Notes: a model not told the origin generated them from the sequence alone. Shown: positions 1-9,596, counted from the stretch's first letter. The stretch: 64,000 nucleotides of DNA from Bacillota bacterium (GCA_030526325.1 JAUNCY010000003.1:268-64267), one strand, 5' to 3'. Numbers and translations are program-made.

Positions 1-128
1 CTGTATTTTAACGAGAATAATATCGATACAGATTTATTGTTCTTTTTTTCTCTTGAGATACATATTTAATTGTCTGTATGAGGGCCTTTTGGTAAAACCA
101 TTCTGAAGTGCGTATCCTCAAACTCTTC

Positions 129-183
129 AAAATAAACAAATAATCCGAACCCATCTCCCACAAGGAAACCTGATTCGGATTAT
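129..183 (-). terminator. Hairpin plus U-rich tract downstream of tRNA-Leu(GAG)
   Basis: Minus-strand stem AUAAUCCGAA/UUCGGAUUAU (174-183 pairs with 140-149) with a large loop, followed by UUGUUUAUUUU. Read by eye. Confidence 0.4.
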
Positions 184-190
184 TTTGGTT

Positions 191-275
191 TGGTGCGGTT
201 GATGGGACTTGAACCCATACGTCTGCTGACACACGCCCCTCAAACGTGCCTGTCTGCCGATTCCAGCACAACCGC
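191..275 (-). tRNA. tRNA-Leu (anticodon GAG), type II with long variable arm, CCA encoded
   Basis: Reverse complement reads GCGGUUG-UG-CUG-GAAUCGGCAGA-CAG-G-CACGU-UUGAGGG-GCGUG-UGUCAGCAGACGU-AUGGG-UUCAAGU-CCCAU-CAACCGC-ACCA. All four stems pair and the anticodon loop is UU-GAG-GG. Confidence 0.9.
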
Positions 276-298
276 ATATCTGTTTTGCTCACTCGTTT

Positions 299-327
299 AT
301 AATACCTTGAATCGACAATTTTGTCAA
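299..327 (-). promoter_or_regulatory. Sigma-A-type promoter for tRNA-Leu(GAG)
   Basis: Minus strand reads TTGACA (322-327), 17-nt spacer, TATTAT (299-304). The -10 lies about 20 nt upstream of the tRNA 5' end. Confidence 0.5.
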
Positions 328-354
328 GCATAAGTTTAATATTTTTTTTAATTT

Positions 355-930
355 TTACAGTTCATCCAGAGCCCTTTGAACATTCGCCCAGGTCTCCTCT
401 ATTGTTCCCGAATTGTCTATAACGGTGCACTCTCTTGCAAGCCGCTCCTGCCTGCTCATCTGGTTGGCCATACGGTCCAGCACCTCCTGCCTTGAGGCGC
501 TGTCCCTTTCCATAACTCTTTTTATTCTGACCTCGTCGTCCGCGTCAACTATCCAGAGAACATCCACAAGAGCATCGTATCCGGATTCTATCAGAGTCGC
601 CGCATCCAGCACTGTTATCTCCGTTTCTGACGCCTTTATCTGACGGTCGATTTCCATGCCTATCCTGTTGCTCATAATATAGTTCAGCTTCCAAAGAGCC
701 GTCTTATCCGAAAAAACCAGCCTGCCGAGTCTCTTCCTGTCAAGATTTCCGTCAGGGAGAATATACTCAGCCCCGAAAACATCCTTTATTTCCCCGAGAG
801 CCTCGCTGCCGGGCTTTACTACAAGTCTCGAAATCTTATCCGCATCCACCACGGTTATCCCCTTTTTCTCAAGGTAGCCGGAAACAGTGGATTTTCCGCT
901 TCCTATTCCACCGGTAAGTCCTATAAGCAT
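355..930 (-). CDS. coaE: Dephospho-CoA kinase
   Basis: 191 aa with N-terminal P-loop MLIGLTGGIGSGKSTV. Size and coaE-polA synteny are typical. Confidence 0.9.
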   Translation of the reverse strand: MLIGLTGGIGSGKSTVSGYLEKKGITVVDADKISRLVVKPGSEALGEIKDVFGAEYILPDGNLDRKRLGRLVFSDKTALWKLNYIMSNRIGMEIDRQIKASETEITVLDAATLIESGYDALVDVLWIVDADDEVRIKRVMERDSASRQEVLDRMANQMSRQERLARECTVIDNSGTIEETWANVQRALDEL

Positions 931-940
931 ATATTTCCTC

Positions 941-3667
941 CTATTTCACATCATACCAGCTTTTGCCGCTGTCCATTCCAACCTCGAGAGGCACATCCAG
1001 ATTGTCGGCCTCCATCATATTTCTCTTCAGCAGTTCTTTTACTGCCTCCTCCTCGTCCCTGAAGGTGTTGATTATCAGCTCGTCGTGAACCTGCAGGATC
1101 AGTTTAGATTTATATCCCTTATCCCTCAGTTCATTGAAAACCTTTATCATAGCAATTTTTATGATATCGGCAGCGCTTCCCTGAATAGGCGAATTCATGG
1201 CGAGACGTTCTCCGAACTGCCGCTGCATATAATTTGACGCTTTAATTTCTTTTATCTCTCTTCTTCTGCCCTTGACAGTTGAAACATATCCGTTTTCTTT
1301 ACAGAATTCAATAGTTTTGTCCATATATGCTTTAACGCCGCTGTACTTGCTGAAATAATCCCTGATGTATTTCTCAGCCTCTTTTCTGGTAATGTTAAGG
1401 TTTTCCGACAGACCGAAGCCGCTCATCCCGTATATTACTCCGAAGTTGACAGCTTTTGCGTTGCTTCGCTGAATAGGCGTAACCTCGTCTTCAGGTACCT
1501 CAAACACTTTTGATGCGGTAGCTGTATGAATATCTATTCCTTTGTTAAACGAATCAATAAGACCCTCATCTTTTGATATATGAGCCAAAACCCTGAGTTC
1601 AATCTGAGAGTAGTCTGCATCCACCAGAACGCAGTCCTCTTCCGCAACAAATGCTTTTCTGAGATTTCTTCCCAGTTCCTGTCTCACCGGAATATTCTGA
1701 AGGTTTGGCTCCGTGCAGCTGATTCTTCCAGTTGCTGTTCCTGTCTGTCTGAAATGCGCTCTGATCTTCATATCCTCGGGATTAATAAGAGGAAGCAGAC
1801 CTTCTATATAAGTGCTCTTCAGCTTTGTCAGAGTCCTGTATTGAAGAACCAGGCCTGCAATCTCGTATTCATCCACAAGCTTTTCAAGCACATCCACATT
1901 CGTTGAATAGCCGGTTTTGGTTTTCTTTCCTCCCGGCATTCCCAGCTTTTCAAACAGAATAACTCCCAGCTGTTTAGGCGAGTTAATATTAAACTCCTCC
2001 CCTGCCAGATCATATATTTTTTCCTGCATTCCCTCAAGTTCCGCATCGATTATTCTTCCGACAGACAGCAGTTCGTCTTTGTCAACGGAAAAGCCGCAGT
2101 GTTCCATATCCGCAAATATTTCAATAAGCGGAAGCTCTATTTCGTAATAAACTTCTTCCATCCCAAGGCTCTTAATCATATCTGCCTGAACCTTTTCCAT
2201 GGTCTTGGTCAGCTTTATGCATTCCGCCCCGTATTCCGCAAATCTTCTCCATCCGCTCCCGAAAAGATCGGTTTGCGCATTGTTTTTATAAAAGCTTTTC
2301 TCATCTTCCATTTCACTGCCGGTGTATACCAGGGACAAAGCCTTGTATCCGAAATCGTTTCGGTGAGGCTCGATAACGTACTGTGCAATCCCCGTATCAA
2401 AGGCCGTATTGAAAATATATCCTTCCGAAAGGATTCCTTTAAGCATATAATAATCATCCTTCAGAAGATGACCCTTGAAGCCTAATCCCTTTTCGGATAT
2501 TTCTCTGAAAGCCGATTTTATACATTCCGCGTCCTGCATATAATAAAGCCTGCCTCCCGCCTCTGCGCAGACACCGTAAATTTCCGGATTTCCCGAATGG
2601 TTCGGGTTTCCAAACACTTTAATATATACATTTTTTTCGTCTTCCAAAGCTTTAGAAAAATCTTTCACTGTTTCTGCGTCAAGTTCAACAATGTCAACGG
2701 CTTCTTCCCCATTGTCTTCCGCTCCTTTTTCCGCTGCTTCTAAAGCTTCGGCATTATTGTTTTCACCGGCGGCGGATTTCAGGGCAGCTTTGCCTATCCA
2801 GGATTTATCAAGCTTTGTGAGCAGACTGAACAGCTCCATTTCCCTGTACATTGCAGCAACGGCATCCCTGTCGGGCGCTTCTGGTCTGAAGCTTTCAAAG
2901 TCGGTTTCTATAGGAACATTAGTATTTATCTCCGCCAGTCTCCTGCTCATGACTGCCAGCTGAGCATTTTCCTCAATTTTTTCTCTGAGTTTCGGCTTTG
3001 AAATACTGTCTGTGTTTTTCAGCAGATTTTCAACGCTTCCAAACTGCTCAAGCAGTGCGATTCCCGTCTTCTCGCCAACCCCCGGTATTCCCGGTATGTT
3101 GTCCGAAGTGTCTCCCATAAGTCCTTTCAGGTCAATAAACTGTTCGGGAGTCAGATGATATCGCTCCAGCATCTTTTCTTTGTCGTAAATTTCAAACTCA
3201 GTTATTCCTTTTTTTGTGATTATTATCTTTGTTTTTTCTGATGCCAGCTGAAGGGCATCCTTGTCTCCTGTGATTACATAAGGCTCCAGCCCTGCTTCTT
3301 CTCCTCTTTTGACCACGGTTCCTATAAGGTCGTCAGCTTCGAAGCCCTCCAATTCCAAAATTTTAATGTCCATTGCGCCAAGGACCTTCTTTATTAGCGG
3401 AAACTGCTGAATAAGCTCATACGGAGTTTTCTTTCGTCCCGCCTTGTACTCACTGTATTCCAGATGCCTGAAAGTAGGCGCTTTCAGATCGAAAGCGACC
3501 GTAATGTATTCCGGATCATATTCGTCGAACACCTTGTTCAGCATGTTTATGAATCCGTAAACCGCATTTGTGTGAACCCCCTCCTTTGTGGACAGGGGCG
3601 GAAGAGCATAATATGCACGATTTATAAGACTGTTTCCGTCTATCGCAATCAATCTGTTTTTTACCAT
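941..3667 (-). CDS. polA: DNA polymerase I (5'-3' exonuclease + Klenow-like polymerase)
   Basis: The ORF track gives 941..3700. The likely start is the ATG at 3667 (MVKNRLIAIDGNS), preceded by GGAGG at 3674-3678. Polymerase A motifs are present (DYSQIELRVLAH, QVHDELI). Confidence 0.95.
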   Translation of the reverse strand: MVKNRLIAIDGNSLINRAYYALPPLSTKEGVHTNAVYGFINMLNKVFDEYDPEYITVAFDLKAPTFRHLEYSEYKAGRKKTPYELIQQFPLIKKVLGAMDIKILELEGFEADDLIGTVVKRGEEAGLEPYVITGDKDALQLASEKTKIIITKKGITEFEIYDKEKMLERYHLTPEQFIDLKGLMGDTSDNIPGIPGVGEKTGIALLEQFGSVENLLKNTDSISKPKLREKIEENAQLAVMSRRLAEINTNVPIETDFESFRPEAPDRDAVAAMYREMELFSLLTKLDKSWIGKAALKSAAGENNNAEALEAAEKGAEDNGEEAVDIVELDAETVKDFSKALEDEKNVYIKVFGNPNHSGNPEIYGVCAEAGGRLYYMQDAECIKSAFREISEKGLGFKGHLLKDDYYMLKGILSEGYIFNTAFDTGIAQYVIEPHRNDFGYKALSLVYTGSEMEDEKSFYKNNAQTDLFGSGWRRFAEYGAECIKLTKTMEKVQADMIKSLGMEEVYYEIELPLIEIFADMEHCGFSVDKDELLSVGRIIDAELEGMQEKIYDLAGEEFNINSPKQLGVILFEKLGMPGGKKTKTGYSTNVDVLEKLVDEYEIAGLVLQYRTLTKLKSTYIEGLLPLINPEDMKIRAHFRQTGTATGRISCTEPNLQNIPVRQELGRNLRKAFVAEEDCVLVDADYSQIELRVLAHISKDEGLIDSFNKGIDIHTATASKVFEVPEDEVTPIQRSNAKAVNFGVIYGMSGFGLSENLNITRKEAEKYIRDYFSKYSGVKAYMDKTIEFCKENGYVSTVKGRRREIKEIKASNYMQRQFGERLAMNSPIQGSAADIIKIAMIKVFNELRDKGYKSKLILQVHDELIINTFRDEEEAVKELLKRNMMEADNLDVPLEVGMDSGKSWYDVK

Positions 3668-3730
3668 TGGTTTCCTCCAAAAAAAGACCCTGCATATCAT
3701 CTTCGGATACGCAGGAATCTGTCAGATTAT

Positions 3731-4432
3731 CTATAACACATCGCTGAGGGTAATTCCTCCGGTGTATAACGCTTTGCCTATTACACATCCGAAAATACCC
3801 ATTTCTTTAAGCTTCCTAACATCCTCTGCCGTAGAAATGCCGCCGGATGCTATGAGATTTGATTTTATTCTGTTTTTCATGTTGTTTATTTCCTCAAAGT
3901 TCGGTCCTGCCATCATGCCGTCCTTGGAAATATCGGTGTATACCACAGTCTTAAGTCCGTAGGATTCCAGCTCAACTGCCAGTTCAGCCGCAGTAACATC
4001 TGTAAGCTCTGTCCATCCCTTTACTGCAACATAACCGTTTTTAGCGTCAAGGGAAACAGCTATTTTATCTCCGAACATCTGGATAGCCTCTTTAAGAAAA
4101 TTCTTGTTTGAAAGTGCACTTGTTCCAAGAATAACCCTGGTAACTCCCGCTTCTACCATTTCTTCGACATACTTCATATCTCTGACGCCGCCGCCGAACT
4201 GAATAGGAACGTTTACAGCCTCTATCATTTCCATAATAAGCTTTTTGTTTACGGCTTCACCCATTAAAGCTCCGTCAAGGTCAATAATATGAAGGTTTTT
4301 TGCCCCCTGCGCAACCCAGTTTTCCGCAACGGCCACAGGATTGTCTCCGTAGGTTTCCAGTTTTGCAAAATCTCCCTGAACGAGTCTTACACATTTGCCG
4401 TTTTTAATATCGATTGCGGGAAAAATATTCAC
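3731..4432 (-). CDS. hisA: HisA-type ProFAR isomerase (1-(5-phosphoribosyl)-5-[(5-phosphoribosylamino)methylideneamino]imidazole-4-carboxamide isomerase)
   Basis: 233 aa with N-terminus MNIFPAIDIKNGKCVRLVQGDF, plus ...DLDGA... and ...ASGGIS... motifs typical of the HisA/HisF (beta/alpha)8 fold. Confidence 0.8.
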   Translation of the reverse strand: MNIFPAIDIKNGKCVRLVQGDFAKLETYGDNPVAVAENWVAQGAKNLHIIDLDGALMGEAVNKKLIMEMIEAVNVPIQFGGGVRDMKYVEEMVEAGVTRVILGTSALSNKNFLKEAIQMFGDKIAVSLDAKNGYVAVKGWTELTDVTAAELAVELESYGLKTVVYTDISKDGMMAGPNFEEINNMKNRIKSNLIASGGISTAEDVRKLKEMGIFGCVIGKALYTGGITLSDVL

Positions 4433-4646
4433 ACTCTCATCTCCTTATTTTTAAATTGATTTACTGTTTCAGAAACGCATAATATATCTGCGTGTTGTTC
4501 TATTATATATCCTGCTAAAAACAAAAATCAATACCTTTTTAGGAATATCCGCCGCTTCGTCCGAATATTTGTATTTTCAGGCTCTTGCGTTTATCTTTTC
4601 CTTGACATATACTTTTCTGAGAAAACTAAACACGGAGAAAAATACT

Positions 4647-5459
4647 ATGCTTGATTATCATATTCACACCAGTCTGTCCGACGACAGCGATACACCGTAT
4701 TACGAAATGCTTGACCGGGCATGCAGACTCGGTCTTAAAGAAGTGGCTGTAACAGACCATCACGATCCGGACTATACCGATCCGGACTTTCCTTTTCAGC
4801 TGGATTTCAACCGCTATCACATGATGCTGGAGTCCGCCGTTATGGAATACCATAAAAGAATAGAAGTAAAAAGAGGACTGGAGCTTGGCATTCAGAAAAC
4901 CTGCATAGACAAATGCCTTCAGTGCGCAAATGCTTATCCCTATGATTTTATTATAGGCTCCTTCCATATGTCCTGCGGCATGGTGATAGATATGCCGGAA
5001 TTTTATCAGGACAGAAGCGGCATCGAAATTCAGGAAAGCTTTTACAGCTATATGCTGGAATGTCTTAAAGAGTTCAAGGACTACAGCGTTATCGGCCACA
5101 TTAATATAGTGGACAGATATCAGCATCTGTTCAGACCTGAAGAGCCTCTTAACCCTCCGGAAATAATGGAGATTGTCAGAGAAATTCTCAAGATTGTAAT
5201 TTACGACGGCAAGGGTATAGAGTTCAACACCTCTTCCTTCAGATACAAAACTCCGCTGACCGTTCCGTCACCGGAAATACTGAAGACTTATAAAGAGCTG
5301 GGCGGAGAAATAATAACTCTGGGTTCAGACGCTCACACTCCCGATTACATTGCGTATAACTTCAGATATGCAGCGGAGATGCTTGAGTCCCTGGGATTCA
5401 AATACGTTTCCTCTTTTAAAGAAATGAAGCCTGAATTCATAAAGATTTCTCATCTGTAA
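4647..5459 (+). CDS. PHP-family histidinol-phosphatase-like protein
   Basis: The ORF track starts at 4569. The likely start is the ATG at 4647 (MLDYHIHTSLSDDS) with GGAG at 4634-4637. The HxH N-terminus and later H/D residues (TDHHD, GSFH, GHINI, GSDAH) match PHP phosphoesterases. Confidence 0.8.
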   Translation: MLDYHIHTSLSDDSDTPYYEMLDRACRLGLKEVAVTDHHDPDYTDPDFPFQLDFNRYHMMLESAVMEYHKRIEVKRGLELGIQKTCIDKCLQCANAYPYDFIIGSFHMSCGMVIDMPEFYQDRSGIEIQESFYSYMLECLKEFKDYSVIGHINIVDRYQHLFRPEEPLNPPEIMEIVREILKIVIYDGKGIEFNTSSFRYKTPLTVPSPEILKTYKELGGEIITLGSDAHTPDYIAYNFRYAAEMLESLGFKYVSSFKEMKPEFIKISHL

Positions 5460-5467
5460 TTAAAATG

Positions 5468-5668
5468 AAAAAACCCCAAAATACCGTCAAGCCGTTAATT
5501 CACGCCCTATCATATGATAGGTGGGTACCCTGCTCCGGCACGCTGACTTCCGCTGTCTGAGGCGGCATGTCATTGTACAGAAAACCCGGATTCCCTTTTG
5601 CGAAGTGTAGGTTGAATTAAATAGCTTAAACGAATACCTCAGGGGATACTGTTAATATATGCTTTGAT
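5468..5668 (-). ncRNA. Candidate ~200-nt small RNA with 6S (SsrS)-like architecture; class not proven
   Basis: The region has no CDS. It is bounded by an extended -10 promoter (5675-5703) and by GGGG followed by UUUUUU (5468-5477). There is long-range pairing of 5613-5629 with 5487-5502 (UUAAUUCA/UGAAUUAA and UUAAGCU/GGCUUGA). The two G-U pairs form only in the minus-sense RNA. An internal hairpin CCUAUCAUAUGAUAGG lies at 5506-5521. Confidence 0.4.
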
Positions 5669-5674
5669 GCTCTT

Positions 5675-5703
5675 ATTATACCACAGCACTATAAATATAT
5701 TAA
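5675..5703 (-). promoter_or_regulatory. Extended -10 promoter pointing into the CDS-free interval
   Basis: Minus strand reads TTAATA (5698-5703), 17-nt spacer ending in TGG, TATAAT (5675-5680), i.e. TGnTATAAT. Confidence 0.5.
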
Positions 5704-5740
5704 GCCCAATTAACAGCTTTTTTTCAAATTTTTAGAACTC

Positions 5741-7102
5741 ATGCAAGGTGGTTTTATGTTTAATATTTCAGCGGAAGCCAAAACCGCAATATACATTCTT
5801 GAAGCAGCCGGATACAAGGCTTATCTGGCGGGCGGCTGTGTCAGGGACCTGATTATGGGCAGCGAGCCCCACGACTGGGATATAGCCACATCGGCGGAAC
5901 CCTTCACAACCAGGGAAATATTCGAAAAGGCCGGTTACAGGACTGTTTGTACAGGAATTTCCCACGGCACGGTAACAGCGGTAATAAATAAAGTTAATCT
6001 GGAGATAACCACCTTCCGGCAGGAAACAGGATATTCGGACCACAGAAGACCCGACAGTGTCATGTTTGTAAAATCTCCGGAAGAGGATGTAAAAAGAAGG
6101 GATTTCACAATCAACGGAATTCTCTACAATCCTTCAGAAGGTATTCTGGATTACAACGGAGGCATCGAAGATATTAAAAACGGAATAATCCGATGTATAG
6201 GCGATCCGGATAAGCGGTTTTCGGAGGACGCTCTCAGAATAATGAGAGCCATGCGCTTTGCATCTGCACTGGGATTTACGATAGAAAAGGAAACCTCCGA
6301 CTCCATGATTCGAAACAGAAATCTTCTGAACGAAATATCCATGGAAAGAAAAGCTGCCGAGCTGACAAAACTTCTTCTCGGCAAAGATGTGAAATTCATA
6401 CTGTATGAATATTCTTCTGTGCTGACCTCAGTCATCCCGGAAATAAGGCATATGATAGGTTTTGAACAGAACAACCCGCACCACTGCTATGATGTATGGA
6501 TACATACAATTGAAGCTGTAGCCGCCGTTCCGGCCGATCCTGTTCTCAGACTGACCATGCTGCTGCATGACATAGGCAAGCCCGACTCCTGTACAATGGA
6601 TTCCTACGGAATAAATCATTTTTTCAGGCATCCCGGCAGAAGCGCCTCCATGGCGCGAAACATTCTTTCATATTTAAGATATCCCGGAGATGTTATTGAT
6701 AAGGTCTGCACCCTTATCACTTACCATGATTACAGATTTTATCCGGACAGGAAAAACGTTAAAAAGCTCCTGAACCGAATCGGCGAAGAATGCTTCAGAC
6801 TTCTTCTGGAGGTCAGGCGGGCAGATATATCGGCCCAGAACCCTGATTATTCAAAAGAGAAATTTGAGCTTATAGAAGAAACCCGCAGAGTTCTTGAAGA
6901 AGTGATAGAGGAAAACCAGTGCTTCTCTTTGAAGGATCTTAAAATCAGCGGAAAGGATCTTCTGGAATCGGGTTTTTCACAGGGAAAACATCTGGGTTAT
7001 GTTCTGGACATTCTTCTTAATATGGTTATAAACGAGGAAATCCCCAACGAAAGGGATATTCTTTTAGAAAATGCACAAAAAATCAAAAAGAGGGCGGATT
7101 AA
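5741..7102 (+). CDS. cca: CCA-adding tRNA nucleotidyltransferase with C-terminal HD domain
   Basis: 453 aa with motifs GGCVRDLIMG...DWDI (class II nucleotidyltransferase head), RRDFTING and HHCYDVWIHT...LLHDIGKP (HD). An alternative start is the ATG at 5756. Confidence 0.9.
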   Translation: MQGGFMFNISAEAKTAIYILEAAGYKAYLAGGCVRDLIMGSEPHDWDIATSAEPFTTREIFEKAGYRTVCTGISHGTVTAVINKVNLEITTFRQETGYSDHRRPDSVMFVKSPEEDVKRRDFTINGILYNPSEGILDYNGGIEDIKNGIIRCIGDPDKRFSEDALRIMRAMRFASALGFTIEKETSDSMIRNRNLLNEISMERKAAELTKLLLGKDVKFILYEYSSVLTSVIPEIRHMIGFEQNNPHHCYDVWIHTIEAVAAVPADPVLRLTMLLHDIGKPDSCTMDSYGINHFFRHPGRSASMARNILSYLRYPGDVIDKVCTLITYHDYRFYPDRKNVKKLLNRIGEECFRLLLEVRRADISAQNPDYSKEKFELIEETRRVLEEVIEENQCFSLKDLKISGKDLLESGFSQGKHLGYVLDILLNMVINEEIPNERDILLENAQKIKKRAD

Positions 7103-7112
7103 TTTTCCGCCC
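7092..7112. terminator. Bidirectional terminator hairpin between convergent cca and yebC
   Basis: Stem GGGCGGA (7092-7098), loop TTAATTT, stem TCCGCCC (7106-7112). It is flanked by an A-run upstream and a T-rich run downstream, and overlaps the cca stop codon. Confidence 0.6.
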
Positions 7113-7136
7113 TTATGTTTTATCTTTATTAGGTAA

Positions 7137-7859
7137 TCAGTCTTCAAGATCCACTTCACAGTTGTGATATACTTTCTGAACGTCGTCATCCTCTTCAAGC
7201 ATAGCAACAAGCTTTTTAAGATTCTTGATATCTCCTTCGGCAGGGGATGATGTCATTGAAGGAATCATGTCGATATCTGCTTCAACCAGCTCATAGCCTG
7301 CATTTCTCAGAGCATCTGCCACAGCGTCAAAATCCGATGGATCTGTATAGATTTCAAAGCTGTCATCGTTTACAGTCATATCTTCCATGCCTGCTTCCAT
7401 GCCGACTTCCATAAGCTCGTCTTCCGTAACCTCATCAGTCTTTTCGATAAGGATGAATCCCTTTCTGTTGAACATATATCCTACGCAGCCCGGTACTCCC
7501 AGGTTTCCGCCGCATCTGTCAAAAGCATGCTTAACTGCGGAAGTAGTTCTGTTTTTGTTGTCTGTAAGTGTTTCAACGATAATAGCAACTCCGCCCGGAC
7601 CGTATCCTTCGAAGGTTCCGCTTTCGTAGGATTCTCCTCCAAGCTCGCCTGTACCCTTTTTGATAGCACGGTTAATATTGTCATTAGGCATATTTATCGC
7701 TTTTGCTTTTTCTACAGCGTTTTTTAACGCGATATTATATTCCATATCTCCGCCGGCTTTAGCAGCAACAGCTATAGCTCTGGCATATTTTGTGAATATC
7801 TGCGATCTCTTTGCATCCTGTTTTTCTTTTCTACCCGCAATTGTTCCGTGTCTTCCCAT
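7137..7859 (-). CDS. yebC: YebC/PmpR family DNA-binding transcriptional regulator
   Basis: 240 aa with N-terminus MGRHGTIAGRKEKQDAKRSQIFTKYARAI and ...YEGYGPGGVAI... typical of the family. Confidence 0.9.
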   Translation of the reverse strand: MGRHGTIAGRKEKQDAKRSQIFTKYARAIAVAAKAGGDMEYNIALKNAVEKAKAINMPNDNINRAIKKGTGELGGESYESGTFEGYGPGGVAIIVETLTDNKNRTTSAVKHAFDRCGGNLGVPGCVGYMFNRKGFILIEKTDEVTEDELMEVGMEAGMEDMTVNDDSFEIYTDPSDFDAVADALRNAGYELVEADIDMIPSMTSSPAEGDIKNLKKLVAMLEEDDDVQKVYHNCEVDLED

Positions 7860-7890
7860 AATAAACTCCTAACCGGTCTGTCCTGAATGA

Positions 7891-7924
7891 CCAAGTATTA
7901 TAAATTTTTTACCCAAGTATTATA
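7891..7924 (-). repeat. Direct 12-nt repeat in the yebC upstream region
   Basis: CCAAGTATTATA occurs at 7891-7902 and again at 7913-7924 (period 22 nt). On the minus strand each copy reads TATAATACTTGG, so each contains a consensus -10 hexamer. Confidence 0.6.
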
Positions 7925-7954
7925 CACCTATTTACATGAAACGTAAATATTTTT

Positions 7955-9313
7955 TTAGTTTCTCATGGAATGAACAGGTGCAGGAATCCTTCCGCCTCTG
8001 CTTACGAGTTCGTCGCATTTGTATTTGTTGACAGGAATTATAGGTGCGCTACCGAGAAGTCCTCCGAAGCTTACCTCATCGCCCACGGATTTGCCTACAG
8101 CAGGAATAAGTCTGACCGCAGTGGTCTTATTGTTTATCATTCCTATGGCAACTTCGTCTGCTATTATTCCGGAGATAGTCTGCCAGCTTGTATCTCCCGG
8201 AACTGCTATCATATCAAGACCCACGCTGCATACACAGGTCATGGCCTCGAGTTTTTCAAGAGTTAAAGCTCCTATTCTTGCCGCCTCAATCATGCCTTCG
8301 TCTTCGCTTACAGGAATGAAAGCTCCGCTGAGTCCGCCCACGTGAGAGGATGCCATGATTCCGCCCTTTTTAACTGCATCGTTGAGCATTGCCAGCGCTG
8401 CTGTGGTTCCCGGTGCACCGCAGTGCTCGAGACCTATTTCCTCGAGAATTCTTGCTATGCTGTCTCCGACTGCCGGGGTCGGTGCAAGAGATAAATCCAC
8501 TATTCCGAAAGGAACTCCCAGCCTCTTTGACGCTTCTGAAGCAACAAGCTGACCTACTCTAGTTATCTGGAACGCAGTCTTTTTTATAGTATTGGCAACC
8601 ACATCGAACGGAGCGCCTTTGCATGATTCAAGAGCAGTCTTTACAACTCCCGGTCCGCTGACGCCTACATTAATTACACAGTCCGGCTCACCCACTCCGT
8701 GAAATGCGCCCGCCATGAACGGATTGTCTTCAACCGCATTTGCAAATACTACAAGCTTCGCGCAGCCGATACTGTCTCTGTCTGCAGTTCTGTTAGCGGT
8801 GTCCACTATTATCTGACCCATCTGCTTTACAGCATCCATGTTTATTCCTGTTTTGGTAGAGCCCACATTTACGGAAGAACATACCGTATCGGTTACAGCA
8901 AGGGCTTCAGGTATGGATTTAATGAGAATTTCATCGCCTTTTGTGTATCCTTTATGAACCAGTGCTGAAAATCCTCCTATAAAGTTTACTCCGACATCCT
9001 TAGCCGCTTTATCCAGAACTTCCGCAAATTTTACGTAATCCTTGTCATTTGACGCCCCTGCAACTATTGATATCGGGGTAACCGATATTCTCTTATGTAT
9101 GATAGGTACGCCGAATTCTCTTTCGATAGCCTCTCCCACTTCCACGAGATGTCCGGCTTTTTCCACAATCTTATCATATATTTGCTTTCTGGCTTTCTCT
9201 CCGTCGCTGTCAGCACAGTCCATGAGAGAAATACCCATGGTAATTGTACGAATATCCAGCTTCTGCTTTTCTATCATGGAGATGGTCTGCATTATGCTAT
9301 CAAAATTCAACAT
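7955..9313 (-). CDS. UPF0210 (DUF711) family protein, function unknown
   Basis: 452 aa. Highly characteristic motifs are present: [63 protein letters not shown]. Confidence 0.85.
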   Translation of the reverse strand: MLNFDSIMQTISMIEKQKLDIRTITMGISLMDCADSDGEKARKQIYDKIVEKAGHLVEVGEAIEREFGVPIIHKRISVTPISIVAGASNDKDYVKFAEVLDKAAKDVGVNFIGGFSALVHKGYTKGDEILIKSIPEALAVTDTVCSSVNVGSTKTGINMDAVKQMGQIIVDTANRTADRDSIGCAKLVVFANAVEDNPFMAGAFHGVGEPDCVINVGVSGPGVVKTALESCKGAPFDVVANTIKKTAFQITRVGQLVASEASKRLGVPFGIVDLSLAPTPAVGDSIARILEEIGLEHCGAPGTTAALAMLNDAVKKGGIMASSHVGGLSGAFIPVSEDEGMIEAARIGALTLEKLEAMTCVCSVGLDMIAVPGDTSWQTISGIIADEVAIGMINNKTTAVRLIPAVGKSVGDEVSFGGLLGSAPIIPVNKYKCDELVSRGGRIPAPVHSMRN

Positions 9314-9326
9314 AATTAACCCCTCC

Positions 9327-9596
9327 TTAAATATTATGCATTGAATTAAATATCTGCTGATGCTGGATTCTGATATTCAGATCCATTTCCACACCTTTAT
9401 CGTGCAGCTTTTTCTGAAGCTCCTCAAACTGTATGGTGCACTTTTCTATATCAACTATCATTACCATCGTAAAGTATCCCTGAAGAATAGTCTGGCTGAT
9501 GTCAAGAATATTTACATCGTATTCCGCAAGAATTTTTGTTACATTATAGATTATTCCGATTCGGTCATTGCCCAACACCGTAATAACTGCCTTCAT
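9327..9596 (-). CDS. ACT-domain protein (UPF0237 family), conserved partner of UPF0210
   Basis: 89 aa, [36 protein letters not shown]... GGAGG lies upstream of the ATG at 9596. The start lies inside the last 32 nt of the upstream 1443-aa gene. Confidence 0.85.
   Translation of the reverse strand: MKAVITVLGNDRIGIIYNVTKILAEYDVNILDISQTILQGYFTMVMIVDIEKCTIQFEELQKKLHDKGVEMDLNIRIQHQQIFNSMHNI

Noticed and set aside
8-331. 107-aa minus-strand ORF at the window start
   Set aside because: It is built from the tRNA-Leu(GAG) gene, its terminator and its promoter. It has no RBS and no recognisable protein features.
5468-5668. Alternative identities for the small-RNA candidate (SRP/4.5S RNA, tmRNA, riboswitch for cca)
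   Set aside because: I find no SRP domain IV motif (GGAA-capped helix with AGCA/GGAAG symmetric loops), tRNA-like end or tag ORF. The promoter and the G-U pairs point to the minus strand, opposite to cca, so a cca leader is unlikely.
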